This document shows positions 16,717 through 25,602 of a stretch of 52,686 nucleotides of DNA, piece by piece. A program made the translations under genes and the position numbers. Position 1 is the stretch's first letter. Every line of letters starts with the position of its first letter. The notes below the pieces were generated by a model. It was not told where the DNA came from and searched no databases. It worked only from the letters and a program-made list of their open reading frames with translations. The DNA is from Vicinamibacteria bacterium (GTDB lineage Bacteria; Acidobacteriota; Vicinamibacteria; Vicinamibacterales; CAVVIG01). Location: contig JBGPHH010000002.1 in NCBI GenBank assembly GCA_041484265.1, positions 1 to 52,686 of the forward strand, given 5' to 3'.

Positions 16717-18020
16717 GCGAGCCGTCACCATCCCCAACACCCGCTTTCGGAACGGCTCGAGTCCGTCGCCGGCTCGATTTCGTGCCCGAGCTCAAGCAGG
16801 GCTTCGACAACCTGCGTGCGCACAAACTGCGGTCGATCCTGACGATGTTCGGGATGATCTTCGGTGTGGCGGCGGTCATTGCGATGCTCTCGATTGGCGC
16901 GGGCGCGCAACAGCAGGTGGTGGCCTTCATCGAGCAGCTCGGCGTCCGGAACATCATCGTCGAAGCGAGAGAGTCGGCGGACAACCAGACGTGGCAGCGC
17001 GTGCGGGCGATGTCGGCCGGTCTCTCGTTTCGCGACCTGCGTGCGATTGAGGCGAGCCTGCCCGGTGTCAAGGCGATGTCGGCGAGAAAGCGATTCGTCC
17101 CGCGGAAGGTCCTGCCCAAGCCTCAAGGCGATACGCCGACCGTATTCGGCGTCGGGTCCGTGTACTTGAGGGACATCGGCGGGCTTCGTCTCTCACGTGG
17201 GCGTTTCTTTGGCGACGCCGAGGATCAAGCGGCCGCGGCGGTGGCCGTGCTGGGCCAGTCGGCGGCGACGGGCCTGTTCGGCGCCGACGATCCCGTCGGG
17301 CGGTTCGTGAAATTGAACGAAGAATGGTTCGAGGTCGTGGGCGTCGTCACGCCGAGGCTGGCCGTGCAGGGCGACGTCGGAGGTCTTCCGGCCCAGGACA
17401 GCAACAACATCATCTACGTGCCCATCCAGGCCGCCATCCTGCGCATCGAGGACGCGCAGTCCTACTTGAAAGACGAGATCGACGCGATCTATCTGAACCT
17501 TGCCGTCGAGGATCAGATTACGACGGCAGGCGTACTCGTGCGGGGGCTGCTCAAGACGACGCACCGCGAAGCCGACGACTTCACGGTGATTGTGCCGGCA
17601 GAGCTTCTGGCGCAGCAGCAGCAGACGCGGCGGCTCTTTCTCTATGTCATGGTAGCCATCGCGTCTATTTCACTGCTGGTTGGCGGCATTGGCATCATGA
17701 ACATCATGCTGGCGAGCGTGATGGAACGGACGCGCGAGATTGGCGTGCGCCGTGCGATTGGCGCCACCCGCAGGGACATCATCCGGCAGTTCCTGGTCGA
17801 GACGACGCTCATCACGGTGAGCGGCGGAGTGGCGGGAGTGGTCGTCGGGATCGCGCTGTCTCGGCTGGTGGCGTATCTGGCCGGTTGGTCCACCGTCGTC
17901 ACCGTCACGTCCGTCGTCGTGGCCTGCGCGGTGTCGGTGACGGTCGGCATTGTTTTCGGTTTGTACCCCGCCGCCCGCGCCGCCCGGCTCGATCCGGTGT
18001 ACGCGCTGCATTACGAATAG
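16713..18020 (+). CDS. MacB/FtsX-type ABC transporter permease (periplasmic domain plus FtsX 4-TM core), with no fused or adjacent ATPase
   Basis: LRAHKLRSILTMFGMIFGVAAVIAMLSIG at TM1, a large periplasmic insert, and the FtsX signature ERTREIGVRRAIGATRRDIIRQFLVE followed by TM helices. No Walker motifs are present in this ORF. Confidence 0.8.
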   Translation: MSEPSPSPTPAFGTARVRRRLDFVPELKQGFDNLRAHKLRSILTMFGMIFGVAAVIAMLSIGAGAQQQVVAFIEQLGVRNIIVEARESADNQTWQRVRAMSAGLSFRDLRAIEASLPGVKAMSARKRFVPRKVLPKPQGDTPTVFGVGSVYLRDIGGLRLSRGRFFGDAEDQAAAAVAVLGQSAATGLFGADDPVGRFVKLNEEWFEVVGVVTPRLAVQGDVGGLPAQDSNNIIYVPIQAAILRIEDAQSYLKDEIDAIYLNLAVEDQITTAGVLVRGLLKTTHREADDFTVIVPAELLAQQQQTRRLFLYVMVAIASISLLVGGIGIMNIMLASVMERTREIGVRRAIGATRRDIIRQFLVETTLITVSGGVAGVVVGIALSRLVAYLAGWSTVVTVTSVVVACAVSVTVGIVFGLYPAARAARLDPVYALHYE

Positions 18021-18022
18021 CG

Positions 18023-19198
18023 TCAAACGGACGCCGATCCCCTGTGTCGAAGTCTGCTCACGATGTAGATGCCCCAACAGAGCATGCCGCCCATCCAGAC
18101 CAGCGCGGCGTATGCCAGATGCGCGAAATATGTGGTGACGGCGAATGGCGCGCCGATTCTGGCCAGCATGGCCGTCAGGCCCATCGTCAGGCCGATCCGA
18201 AGCGGCCACGAACGGCGCTCCTGCACGAGGTCGTGCCCACCGTGTGAGAGCGTCACACGCGTGCCGACGGCAAGGATCAGGAGGGAGAATCCGCCGATGA
18301 ACAAGACGTGGAGAAAATCCACGCGATAGCGAGGGGCCCAGGCGACGAGCCACACCGCCGTCATGATCAGCCAGTGCGCCACCCAGACGCACCATGAGAG
18401 CGTGGTTCGAACCATGGGCAAGCGCCAGGGCTGGATTGTGCCGAAAATCACCGCCGAGACGACGATCGCGCGCACAACGGCCATCCATTCGACATCAAAG
18501 CCGTATTCGGCCACGAGCGAGAACAGAATGGCCGCGCCGGCCACGGCCCACAGCAGCTCGACGCGACCGATGGGACTCGCCGGCCGCGACGGCCGTGCCG
18601 CTGGCACGAGTGGGACGGCGAACCTCGGCAGTTCGGCGAAGCCGAGCAATCTGGGGCCGAGAAATCCACCGACGCCCAGGACAAGGAGCAGCACCATGCC
18701 TTCGGTCAGCAACCGCTTGCCGAGCATGTCCCAGAACGCCGGGATGAGCTCCCAGGCGACCGCGCCATTGATGAGCGCGCCCAGCAACCCGCCGAGCAGC
18801 CCGAGTCCGACCAGGACGAACGTCGGCGGCGGATTCTGCTGTCTGCGCGTGAACCGGCGCGCGACGAGCGAAAGCAGCGTGAGGTGGGCCACGACGAACG
18901 CAGCCGTGCCGACCGCGAACGCCTGGAACTCTGAGGCCGCGGCCGACACGACGAGCGTGGCGGCAAGGAAATACTGAGCGACACGCGAGGGCGTCTCGGT
19001 GCCCGTGAAGCGCGGAACGGCGGTGAGCAGAAACCCCGCGATGAATGCGTACAGGAAACCATTCGTTTGCACGAGTGCATGTGCGCGTCCGGAGAAGCCG
19101 GCCGTCACGCCGAAATAGTACAGAGGCCAGATGGACACGCCGGCAAGGCCCAACGAGATGCCGAGCGGGAAGAAGAGGCGGTAAGGATCGGGCTTCAC
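18023..19198 (-). CDS. nnrS: NnrS-family integral membrane protein
   Basis: Polytopic membrane protein with an NnrS-like N-terminal signature (PYRLFFPLG...HALVQTNGFLYAFIAGFLLTAVPRFTG). The GTG start overlaps the upstream regulator stop (19195-19198). Confidence 0.65.
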   Translation of the reverse strand: MKPDPYRLFFPLGISLGLAGVSIWPLYYFGVTAGFSGRAHALVQTNGFLYAFIAGFLLTAVPRFTGTETPSRVAQYFLAATLVVSAAASEFQAFAVGTAAFVVAHLTLLSLVARRFTRRQQNPPPTFVLVGLGLLGGLLGALINGAVAWELIPAFWDMLGKRLLTEGMVLLLVLGVGGFLGPRLLGFAELPRFAVPLVPAARPSRPASPIGRVELLWAVAGAAILFSLVAEYGFDVEWMAVVRAIVVSAVIFGTIQPWRLPMVRTTLSWCVWVAHWLIMTAVWLVAWAPRYRVDFLHVLFIGGFSLLILAVGTRVTLSHGGHDLVQERRSWPLRIGLTMGLTAMLARIGAPFAVTTYFAHLAYAALVWMGGMLCWGIYIVSRLRHRGSASV

Positions 19199-20580
19199 CT
19201 CGCGGCGGGGCCCCTGGTCAGCCTGTGGCGGCGCATGATCTTCAGCAGGCTCGAGTGATCCGCGAGGCCCAGCGCCTCGGCGGTCTCGGTGATGCGCCAG
19301 TCGTGTTTGTCGAGGGCGGTGAGCACGATCTGCCGTTCGGCTTGGGCCTTCAGCGCCCTAAATGTCCCGGGCGGCGCCGTCGGATCGGAGCCGTCGCCCT
19401 CGGCTTCATTTCCAAGGCCTCGAATCTCCGGCGGCGCGTCCGCAGCGCCGATTATCTCGGCGTCGGACGCAATCATCATCCGCTCCAGGCAGTTTCTGAG
19501 CTCGCGGACATTGTTCTTCCGCCAGTCGTAGGCGGCCAGCAATTCGACCGCGTCGGGCGCGATCGTCTTCGGCCGCACACGGAGATGCGAGGCGATCGTC
19601 CGAAGCAGACTCTCGACGAGAGCGGGGAGGTCCGATAACCGCTCCCGCAGCGGCGGAACCCGCAGTACGTGGACGTTGAGGCGATAGTAGAGGTCCTGCC
19701 GAAAGCGACCCGCGGCGACCTCGCGCTCGAGGTCGCGGTTGGTGGCCGCGACCACGCGCGCCGCGATCGGAACCGCGCGGCTTCCCCCGACGCGCATCAC
19801 CTGGTGCTCCTCGAGCACGCGGAGCAGCTTGGCCTGTGCCGCAAGCGGGAGCTCGCCGATCTCGTCGAGGAACAATGTGCCGCTGCCGGCATTCTCGAAG
19901 GCGCCGGTGCGCAGGCGGTCGGCGCCGGTAAAGGCGCCGCGCTCGTGGCCGAAGAGCTCGCTCTCGACCAGCTGTTCCGGGAGCGCCGCGCTGTTCACGG
20001 CGACGAGCGGCGTCTTGGAGCCGGGTCCGAGCCGGTGGAGCTCGCGCGCCACGAGCTCCTTGCCCGACCCGCTCTCTCCGACGATCAGCACGCTGCTCTT
20101 AATCGGCGCGACGCGCGCGATCGCCTCACGGAGATCCCGCATGGGCTTGCTGTCGCCGATGAGCGACGTGTCACCGTCGAACCGCGACCGCAGCGACCGC
20201 AGTTCCGTCGCCATGCGCCCGCGCGAGACGGCGCTCTCGATCTCGTGCACGACTCGCTCGACCGGCTCGGCCTTGTCGATGAATCCGTACGCGCCGAGGC
20301 GCACGGCCTGAATGCAGCGGTCGTAGCTGCCGGTGCCGGTGTACACGATGACGGGTGTCTCGATCCCGCGCTGTTTCAGGAGGCGCAGCACCTCGAAGCC
20401 GTCGGTCCCCGGCATCTCGAGATCGAGGACGACGCAGTCGATCAGCTCACGGCCCAGGATGTCGAGCGCCTCGTCTCCACCGGCGGCCACGATCGTGTCG
20501 TATTTTCCGACCCGCTTCAGGTCGTACGCGTACTGCTCGGCCATTGCCGCGACGTCGTCCACCACAAGCACGTGTGTCAT
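19195..20580 (-). CDS. sigma54-dependent response regulator (REC + AAA+ + HTH; NtrC/PilR-like)
   Basis: REC domain ([18 protein letters not shown]). Walker [15 protein letters not shown] sigma54-contact motif. C-terminal Fis-type HTH. Confidence 0.9.
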   Translation of the reverse strand: MTHVLVVDDVAAMAEQYAYDLKRVGKYDTIVAAGGDEALDILGRELIDCVVLDLEMPGTDGFEVLRLLKQRGIETPVIVYTGTGSYDRCIQAVRLGAYGFIDKAEPVERVVHEIESAVSRGRMATELRSLRSRFDGDTSLIGDSKPMRDLREAIARVAPIKSSVLIVGESGSGKELVARELHRLGPGSKTPLVAVNSAALPEQLVESELFGHERGAFTGADRLRTGAFENAGSGTLFLDEIGELPLAAQAKLLRVLEEHQVMRVGGSRAVPIAARVVAATNRDLEREVAAGRFRQDLYYRLNVHVLRVPPLRERLSDLPALVESLLRTIASHLRVRPKTIAPDAVELLAAYDWRKNNVRELRNCLERMMIASDAEIIGAADAPPEIRGLGNEAEGDGSDPTAPPGTFRALKAQAERQIVLTALDKHDWRITETAEALGLADHSSLLKIMRRHRLTRGPAAR

Positions 20581-22316
20581 CGGTTGCGCTTTGGAAGGCC
20601 GGCTGGCATGTCGACGATCATGCGCGTCCCCGCGCCAGGTTCGCTCTCGACGTGGAGCGTACCGTGGAGGTCCATCACGAGTCGCCGCACGATGGAGAGC
20701 CCGAGCCCGGTGCCGCCCGCCTTCGTCGTATAGAAGTCGTTGAAGATCTTGCTCGCTTCTTCCTTGGACATCCCGCAGCCCGTATCAGCAACCGTCAGCC
20801 GGATTGCCGGCGGCTCGCCGTCCTGTGCGGTCAGTTCGGTCGAGACCGTGATGCGGCCAGGCTTCCCCTGCAGGCTATCCACGGCGTTTGCCGTGAGGTT
20901 TTCGAGGATGCGCCGCAAGGCGACCGGATCGCCCACGACACGTGGAAGAGTTGCCGCGAGCTCGGTCCGCAGTTCGATGTGATCGTGCCCGCTGCGGACT
21001 GCCTCCGAGATCAGCGCATTCAGATCACAATCACGTCGGTCTGGCGTCGGCGACAGCCGCTCGTAGTTGGTGGCCAGCGTCTCGAGGTACGCGATGCTCG
21101 AATCGACGGTCTGGCGTCGCTCGGCCAGGACCGTTGGGAGTGCGCCGGGGTCCTCGCGCCCGACCTGCGCCAGATGGCGCATGACGTTCCTGAGCGGGAT
21201 GAGGCCATTCTTGATGTCGTGATTGATCTGACGGGCGAGGTCGCCGACCGTCGCCCGCCGTTCGGCCTCCCGCACGCGGGCGGTGCTCGTCCGCAGGCGA
21301 GCGGCAAGGTCGCCGAGGAGCCGCGACAGCGTGCCAACCTCATCGGTCCGGCCTTCGTCAAAGTCAACGTCGAGCCGATCGAGATCGAGGACGGCCGTCT
21401 TTTCCGCCAGGGCGGTCAGAGGTTGGCTGATGCGGGACGACACCCACACCGCCAGCAGCAGCGCGGTGACCCCAGTGACCGCGGCGACTGCCACGAACCA
21501 CGCGTCTGTGTCGCTGAGGAGTGTCCTCAGCGGCGTCAGCGGTTGAGTGACCCGCAGCGTGGCCTGAACAACCTCGATCGGTGCTCCCGCGGCGGTCTTG
21601 ATCAGGGGAATCTGCAGCTCGCCGATGAAGGCATCGCCGGGGTTCGCGAGGTTCACAGGGTTCAGGGGGTTCCCAAGGTTCTCAGACGACAGGGCACCTC
21701 CTGGATAGATGAGCGACACGCTGATCGCGCGATCGCGGGTCAGCCGCCTGAGGAACAGTTCGTCAACGGCGACGCCGCCGACCAGGGTGAACGGCCGGTC
21801 GCCGATGCGGAGCGACTCGCCGCGCGCCAGCGCGAGAAAATCATGTTCGGCCCCGTGCGCCGTCACGAGCGCGACTCCCGCCTTCGCTCTTCGCGCTTCG
21901 GCGAGGGCCGCGGCGAGCGCGGGCTCGACACCGCCATGCTCGTTCCTGAAGTGACCCGAGCTGATGATTCGGCCGTCGCCATCCTGGACTTGCAGCATCG
22001 AGAGACCGGTCAGCCGCATGGCGGTACCGGCATAGTCGAGGAGATACCCCCGTTCCAGCTCGACGCCGGCAACCGCCGCTAGACGGAAACGGTTATCGTT
22101 GAGGAGCGCGCTCTTGAGAGACGTGAGCCGCTCGTCGATCGCGGCGCTGTCGAGCTTGAGATCTTCGTCGATCACCTCGACCACCGCGTCGAGCCGCTGC
22201 TGGTAATCGCCCGACAGACGGTTCGTCATCTCCCGTCGGAGGCCGAACGCCAACAGGGCGATCGGGATGAAGACAACTGCGGCAAAGGCCAGGAGGAGGC
22301 GGGTGCGCAGACTCAT
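20577..22316 (-). CDS. sensor histidine kinase (periplasmic sensor, HAMP, HisKA, HATPase_c)
   Basis: Two TM segments flank a periplasmic domain of about 250 aa. H-box INHDIKNGL, plus N/G boxes (ENLTANAVDS, DTGCGM, GGTGLGLSIV). ATGA overlaps at both ends. Confidence 0.85.
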   Translation of the reverse strand: MSLRTRLLLAFAAVVFIPIALLAFGLRREMTNRLSGDYQQRLDAVVEVIDEDLKLDSAAIDERLTSLKSALLNDNRFRLAAVAGVELERGYLLDYAGTAMRLTGLSMLQVQDGDGRIISSGHFRNEHGGVEPALAAALAEARRAKAGVALVTAHGAEHDFLALARGESLRIGDRPFTLVGGVAVDELFLRRLTRDRAISVSLIYPGGALSSENLGNPLNPVNLANPGDAFIGELQIPLIKTAAGAPIEVVQATLRVTQPLTPLRTLLSDTDAWFVAVAAVTGVTALLLAVWVSSRISQPLTALAEKTAVLDLDRLDVDFDEGRTDEVGTLSRLLGDLAARLRTSTARVREAERRATVGDLARQINHDIKNGLIPLRNVMRHLAQVGREDPGALPTVLAERRQTVDSSIAYLETLATNYERLSPTPDRRDCDLNALISEAVRSGHDHIELRTELAATLPRVVGDPVALRRILENLTANAVDSLQGKPGRITVSTELTAQDGEPPAIRLTVADTGCGMSKEEASKIFNDFYTTKAGGTGLGLSIVRRLVMDLHGTLHVESEPGAGTRMIVDMPAGLPKRNR

Positions 22317-23758
22317 CTAATGACCAGCCCCCCGTCCCATTCGGCCGTCACGCCAGAACGCCCGCGCCGCACGATCGCCCGCAGCCGCGTGTCAACCAGT
22401 GGAACGATGGTCTCCGCGCCCAACCATTTGAGGCGATCGACCACGGCCCGCAATTCTTGGCACGGGTCGGGCGGACGGCGGTCGAACGACATGATGTAGC
22501 CGGCCTCGGTCCCACGCGCCTGTGCCAACGCGAGCGCGTCACCAGTCAATCCGATCGACCGCTGAAAGGTCCCGAGACCGACGAAGCGCTCGGCCAGATC
22601 CCGCGCCGCTTCGTCGCCCCGCTCGTACACGATTCGCCGCGTCGCGGGCGCCGGCTGGTTTGGCGGTTGCGGAGCGGTGACCTCGCAGGTCGGCAACGCC
22701 TGCCACCAGAACGGACCCTCGGCGCCTCGCGCCTCTCCTCGCACGGCTTCGTCGGCAAGAGTCTGGCGGGCCTCGGCCGACAGCGGGCTTACGTATCGGG
22801 CGCCCCAGGGGGAGAGGAGCACGAACGTCTTCTGCCACGCCAGCGGCACCAAGAGAAACTGGGGAAGCGTGGTCGCGTAGTCGAGCGCCGCGGGCTCCCT
22901 CGTGATCAGGAGATCGACGCCTTCGTCCAGGAAGTCCCGCGCGTCGCGACCGGGAGCGACGAGGAACCGCACCGACCACGCGCTGTCGCTGGTAAGAGTA
23001 ATGACAGAACGACCGCCGGAGCCCGGCGACTCCTGATCCGGCGCGATTCGAGCAGGGCGCGTGCCGAGCGGCCAAAGCGAACCGGGTACGCGTCTCGCAA
23101 TGGCGAGCTCGGTGTCGGCGAGCACCAACGGCGGGTCCCGATTGTCGCCGCGCAACGTGATCGCGAGCCCCCGATCGTCAACGGCAGCGATCGACTGGAC
23201 GTAACGGCTCACCTCCGGCCGCAGTTCTCCAGCGCCGCTGCCGGCCCAGCTCGACACCACGTCCGCCGTCGTCACCGGCGTGCCGTCCGAGAACCGGGCG
23301 TTCTCTCGCAGGGTGACGATCCAGGTGCGCGTGCGTGTGTCGAGCCGCCACGAGGCGGCCAGCCCGGGACGCACGCGTCCTTCGCAGTCAACTCGGACGA
23401 GCGTCTCGAACAGCTGACGGAACAGGAGTCGCTCGCTGTCGTTTGTCGAATGAGGCGCGTTCGCCGGATCGACCTTTTCGCCGAGCGCGACGGTTGCAAT
23501 CCGTTCGCCGGGATCTGCAACGAGGCCGCAATCTGCAGCGTCGCTATCGGGAGGCCGCGCCGTGACAACCGCCGGCGGCGAGAGCGGCTCAGGCGCGCGA
23601 GGCGGTGAGATCGGGGCTGCGGACGGATCGGCTGCCCGGGGCGCGAGCACTTGCGGGGGCAGGGCCCGCGAGGCGCATCCGCCTGCGAGCGCTGCGAAGC
23701 AGGCGATGAACCCGAGGCCGGCGAAGCTGTGCGACATCGTTCCCCGCACACTCATCAT
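22313..23758 (-). CDS. family-5 (peptide/nickel-type) solute-binding-protein-like lipoprotein
   Basis: Lipoprotein signal FIACFAALAGGCAS. SBP_bac_5-like core (LLFRQLFETLVRVDCEGRVRPGLAASWRL...WIVTLRENARFSDGTPVTTADV). I prefer ATG 23758 (GGAG upstream) over the longer track ORF. Confidence 0.65.
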   Translation of the reverse strand: MMSVRGTMSHSFAGLGFIACFAALAGGCASRALPPQVLAPRAADPSAAPISPPRAPEPLSPPAVVTARPPDSDAADCGLVADPGERIATVALGEKVDPANAPHSTNDSERLLFRQLFETLVRVDCEGRVRPGLAASWRLDTRTRTWIVTLRENARFSDGTPVTTADVVSSWAGSGAGELRPEVSRYVQSIAAVDDRGLAITLRGDNRDPPLVLADTELAIARRVPGSLWPLGTRPARIAPDQESPGSGGRSVITLTSDSAWSVRFLVAPGRDARDFLDEGVDLLITREPAALDYATTLPQFLLVPLAWQKTFVLLSPWGARYVSPLSAEARQTLADEAVRGEARGAEGPFWWQALPTCEVTAPQPPNQPAPATRRIVYERGDEAARDLAERFVGLGTFQRSIGLTGDALALAQARGTEAGYIMSFDRRPPDPCQELRAVVDRLKWLGAETIVPLVDTRLRAIVRRGRSGVTAEWDGGLVIR

Positions 23759-23774
23759 AGCCGCGCTCCACGCC

Positions 23775-24521
23775 CTACGCCTGGATCTTCGAGAAGGAGT
23801 CGGCCCCCAACAGGAGAAAGCATGACGCGACCACACCGAGCACGGCGAGGTCGGTCACGACGCCGAACTGCGACAGGTCGATAAAGGCCGTGCGCAGGCC
23901 GTCGATCCCGTACGACAACGGGTCGAGCCGGGTGGCGACCGCGAGGACTGCCGGGAGATTCGACAGCGGGAAGAGCGCGCCTGATAAGAAGAAGATCGGC
24001 ATCACCAGAAAGTTCATGATCAGCTGGAACCCTTGCATGTCGCGCAATGTCGAACCAATCACCGTGCCGAGGGCACCAAACACAATCGCAATCAACGCCA
24101 TGAAGACGAGCGCCAGCGGCAGACTGCTGAGGTGCTGCGGGCGAAATCCGGCGATGAGGCACACGGTCAGCACGAGCGTGCCCTGGATGAGGGCAATCGA
24201 GGCGCCGCCAAGCGTGCGGCCGGCCATGATCTGCAGGCGCGGGACTGGCGCGACGAGCGTTTCCTTCAGGAACCCGAACTGCCGATCCCAGAGCAGACCG
24301 ATCCCGGAAAAAATGGACGTGAAGAGAATGCCCATACCGATCACGCCTGGCGCCACAAACTGCAGGTAGCTGCCTCGCCCGGCCTGCTGGAACACGGGCC
24401 CGAGACCGAAGCCGAGCACCACCAGGTAGAGCAGGGGTTGCCCGAGTGACGCGATGATCTGCGCCCGCGATCGCGAGTACCGCTTCAGCTCTCTCAGCCA
24501 CAGGATGTAGACAACCCCCAC
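23775..24521 (-). CDS. ABC-2-type transporter permease
   Basis: GTG 24521 lies 5 nt after the ATPase stop, with GGAGG upstream. Six-TM ABC-2 pattern (YILWLRELKRYSRSRAQIIASLGQPLLYLVVLGFG...). Confidence 0.8.
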   Translation of the reverse strand: MGVVYILWLRELKRYSRSRAQIIASLGQPLLYLVVLGFGLGPVFQQAGRGSYLQFVAPGVIGMGILFTSIFSGIGLLWDRQFGFLKETLVAPVPRLQIMAGRTLGGASIALIQGTLVLTVCLIAGFRPQHLSSLPLALVFMALIAIVFGALGTVIGSTLRDMQGFQLIMNFLVMPIFFLSGALFPLSNLPAVLAVATRLDPLSYGIDGLRTAFIDLSQFGVVTDLAVLGVVASCFLLLGADSFSKIQA

Positions 24522-24525
24522 GGCG

Positions 24526-25311
24526 TCATCGCCTCCACATGCGCGCCATCTGGCGCAGCTGATCGCCGCCCGCGTCGGCTCGTTCGTCACGGATCGTGTT
24601 ACCGGTGAGCGCGAGAAACGCCGCTTCGAGCGAATCGGTCTTCGTCTGTTGCTTGAGCTCCTGCGGCGAACCCTGCGCGACAATGCGGCCGTGGTCGATG
24701 ACCGCGATGCGCGTGGCGACGCGCTCGGCCTCGTCCATGTAGTGGGTCGTCAGGAACACCGTCACCCCTTCGGTGTCGTTCAAATTTTTCACTTGCGTCC
24801 ACATCTGATTGCGGCTTTGAGGGTCGAGCCCCAGCGTCGGCTCGTCGAGGAAGAGAATCTTCGGCGTGTGCAGCAGGCCCCGGGCAATCTCGAGCCGCCG
24901 TTTCATCCCGCCCGAGAACTGCTTGACCGGCGTGTCACGCCGGTCCCACAGCTCGAACAGCTTGAGCAGCATCTCGATGCGATCGGTGCGCACGCGGCGC
25001 GGCACGTGGTAGAGCACGCCATGCAGGTCCAGATTCTCGGAGCCGGTCAGCTCGTTGTCCAGGCTGGGATCCTGAAAGACGATGCCGAACCGAGAGCGCA
25101 CGTCGTAGGGCCTCGCCACCGGGTCCAGACCGTCGACACGGATACTGCCGCTCGTCGGCTGGAGCAGCGTCGTCAGCATCTGGATCGTGGTGGTCTTGCC
25201 GGCGCCGTTTGGGCCAAGGAAGGCGAAGATCTCGCCGGCCCGGACGTCGAACGTGATGCCGTCGACGGCCGCAACGTCACCGAAGCGCTTGACGAGCTCC
25301 CGCGCCTCGAT
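24526..25311 (-). CDS. ABC transporter ATP-binding protein (ABC-2/DrrA-like); the 5' end is unresolved
   Basis: IEARELVKRFGDVAAVDGITFDV, Walker A GPNGAGKTTT, Q-loop, signature FSGGMKRRL, and Walker B ILFLDEPT. There is no ATG/GTG/TTG in frame upstream of Walker A, and the nearest ATG (25345) is in another frame (see findings). Confidence 0.75.
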   Translation of the reverse strand: MEARELVKRFGDVAAVDGITFDVRAGEIFAFLGPNGAGKTTTIQMLTTLLQPTSGSIRVDGLDPVARPYDVRSRFGIVFQDPSLDNELTGSENLDLHGVLYHVPRRVRTDRIEMLLKLFELWDRRDTPVKQFSGGMKRRLEIARGLLHTPKILFLDEPTLGLDPQSRNQMWTQVKNLNDTEGVTVFLTTHYMDEAERVATRIAVIDHGRIVAQGSPQELKQQTKTDSLEAAFLALTGNTIRDERADAGGDQLRQMARMWRR

Positions 25312-25369
25312 GACTCGGTTGCTCCGTGTCGTCGCACGCGGCCATCTTACCCCGGGGCCAACCCACGAA

Positions 25370-25585
25370 CTACACGGCTTCCCAGGAGACGCCGGCGTCG
25401 GTCAAGACTCTTCGGGCCATCGCGTGGCCCGCCGTGACTTCCCGGCTGCGGGCATAGGCGATGAGGCGCTGGACGAGCTGCTCGTCAGCCGATCGTGCTT
25501 CGATCTGCTGCGTAAGGGCCTTGACGTAGCTCGGGTCCTCGACGAGGGCCCGAACCGTCTCGGCAAAGGAATCCGGCTCGCGCAT
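25370..25585 (-). CDS. hypothetical small protein (71 aa)
   Basis: GC3-rich ORF between the pilin-like gene and the ABC ATPase. No SD-like sequence and no recognisable family. Confidence 0.4.
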   Translation of the reverse strand: MREPDSFAETVRALVEDPSYVKALTQQIEARSADEQLVQRLIAYARSREVTAGHAMARRVLTDAGVSWEAV

Positions 25586-25602
25586 CAATCGCTGACCGGC
25601 GC

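Noticed and set aside
13088-16740. Minus-strand ORFs 13088-14173 and 15637-16740
   Set aside because: They are antisense to the HlyD-type adaptor genes and have no recognisable motifs.
17324-18488. ORFs 17324-18247 (+) and 17670-18488 (-)
   Set aside because: They are out-of-frame or antisense overlaps of the MacB-type permease and NnrS genes, with Arg/Gly/His-rich translations.
22458-22472. TGGCACGGGTCGGGC, which matches the sigma54 GG-N10-GC spacing
   Set aside because: It lies on the plus strand inside the minus-strand SBP-like gene, with no downstream plus-strand gene. The -12 element is GGGC rather than TTGC.
19669-23608. Plus-strand ORFs 19669-20733, 20355-22082 and 22457-23608
   Set aside because: They are antisense to the sigma54 regulator, histidine kinase and SBP-like genes. 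They are Arg/Asp/Gly-rich with no motifs.
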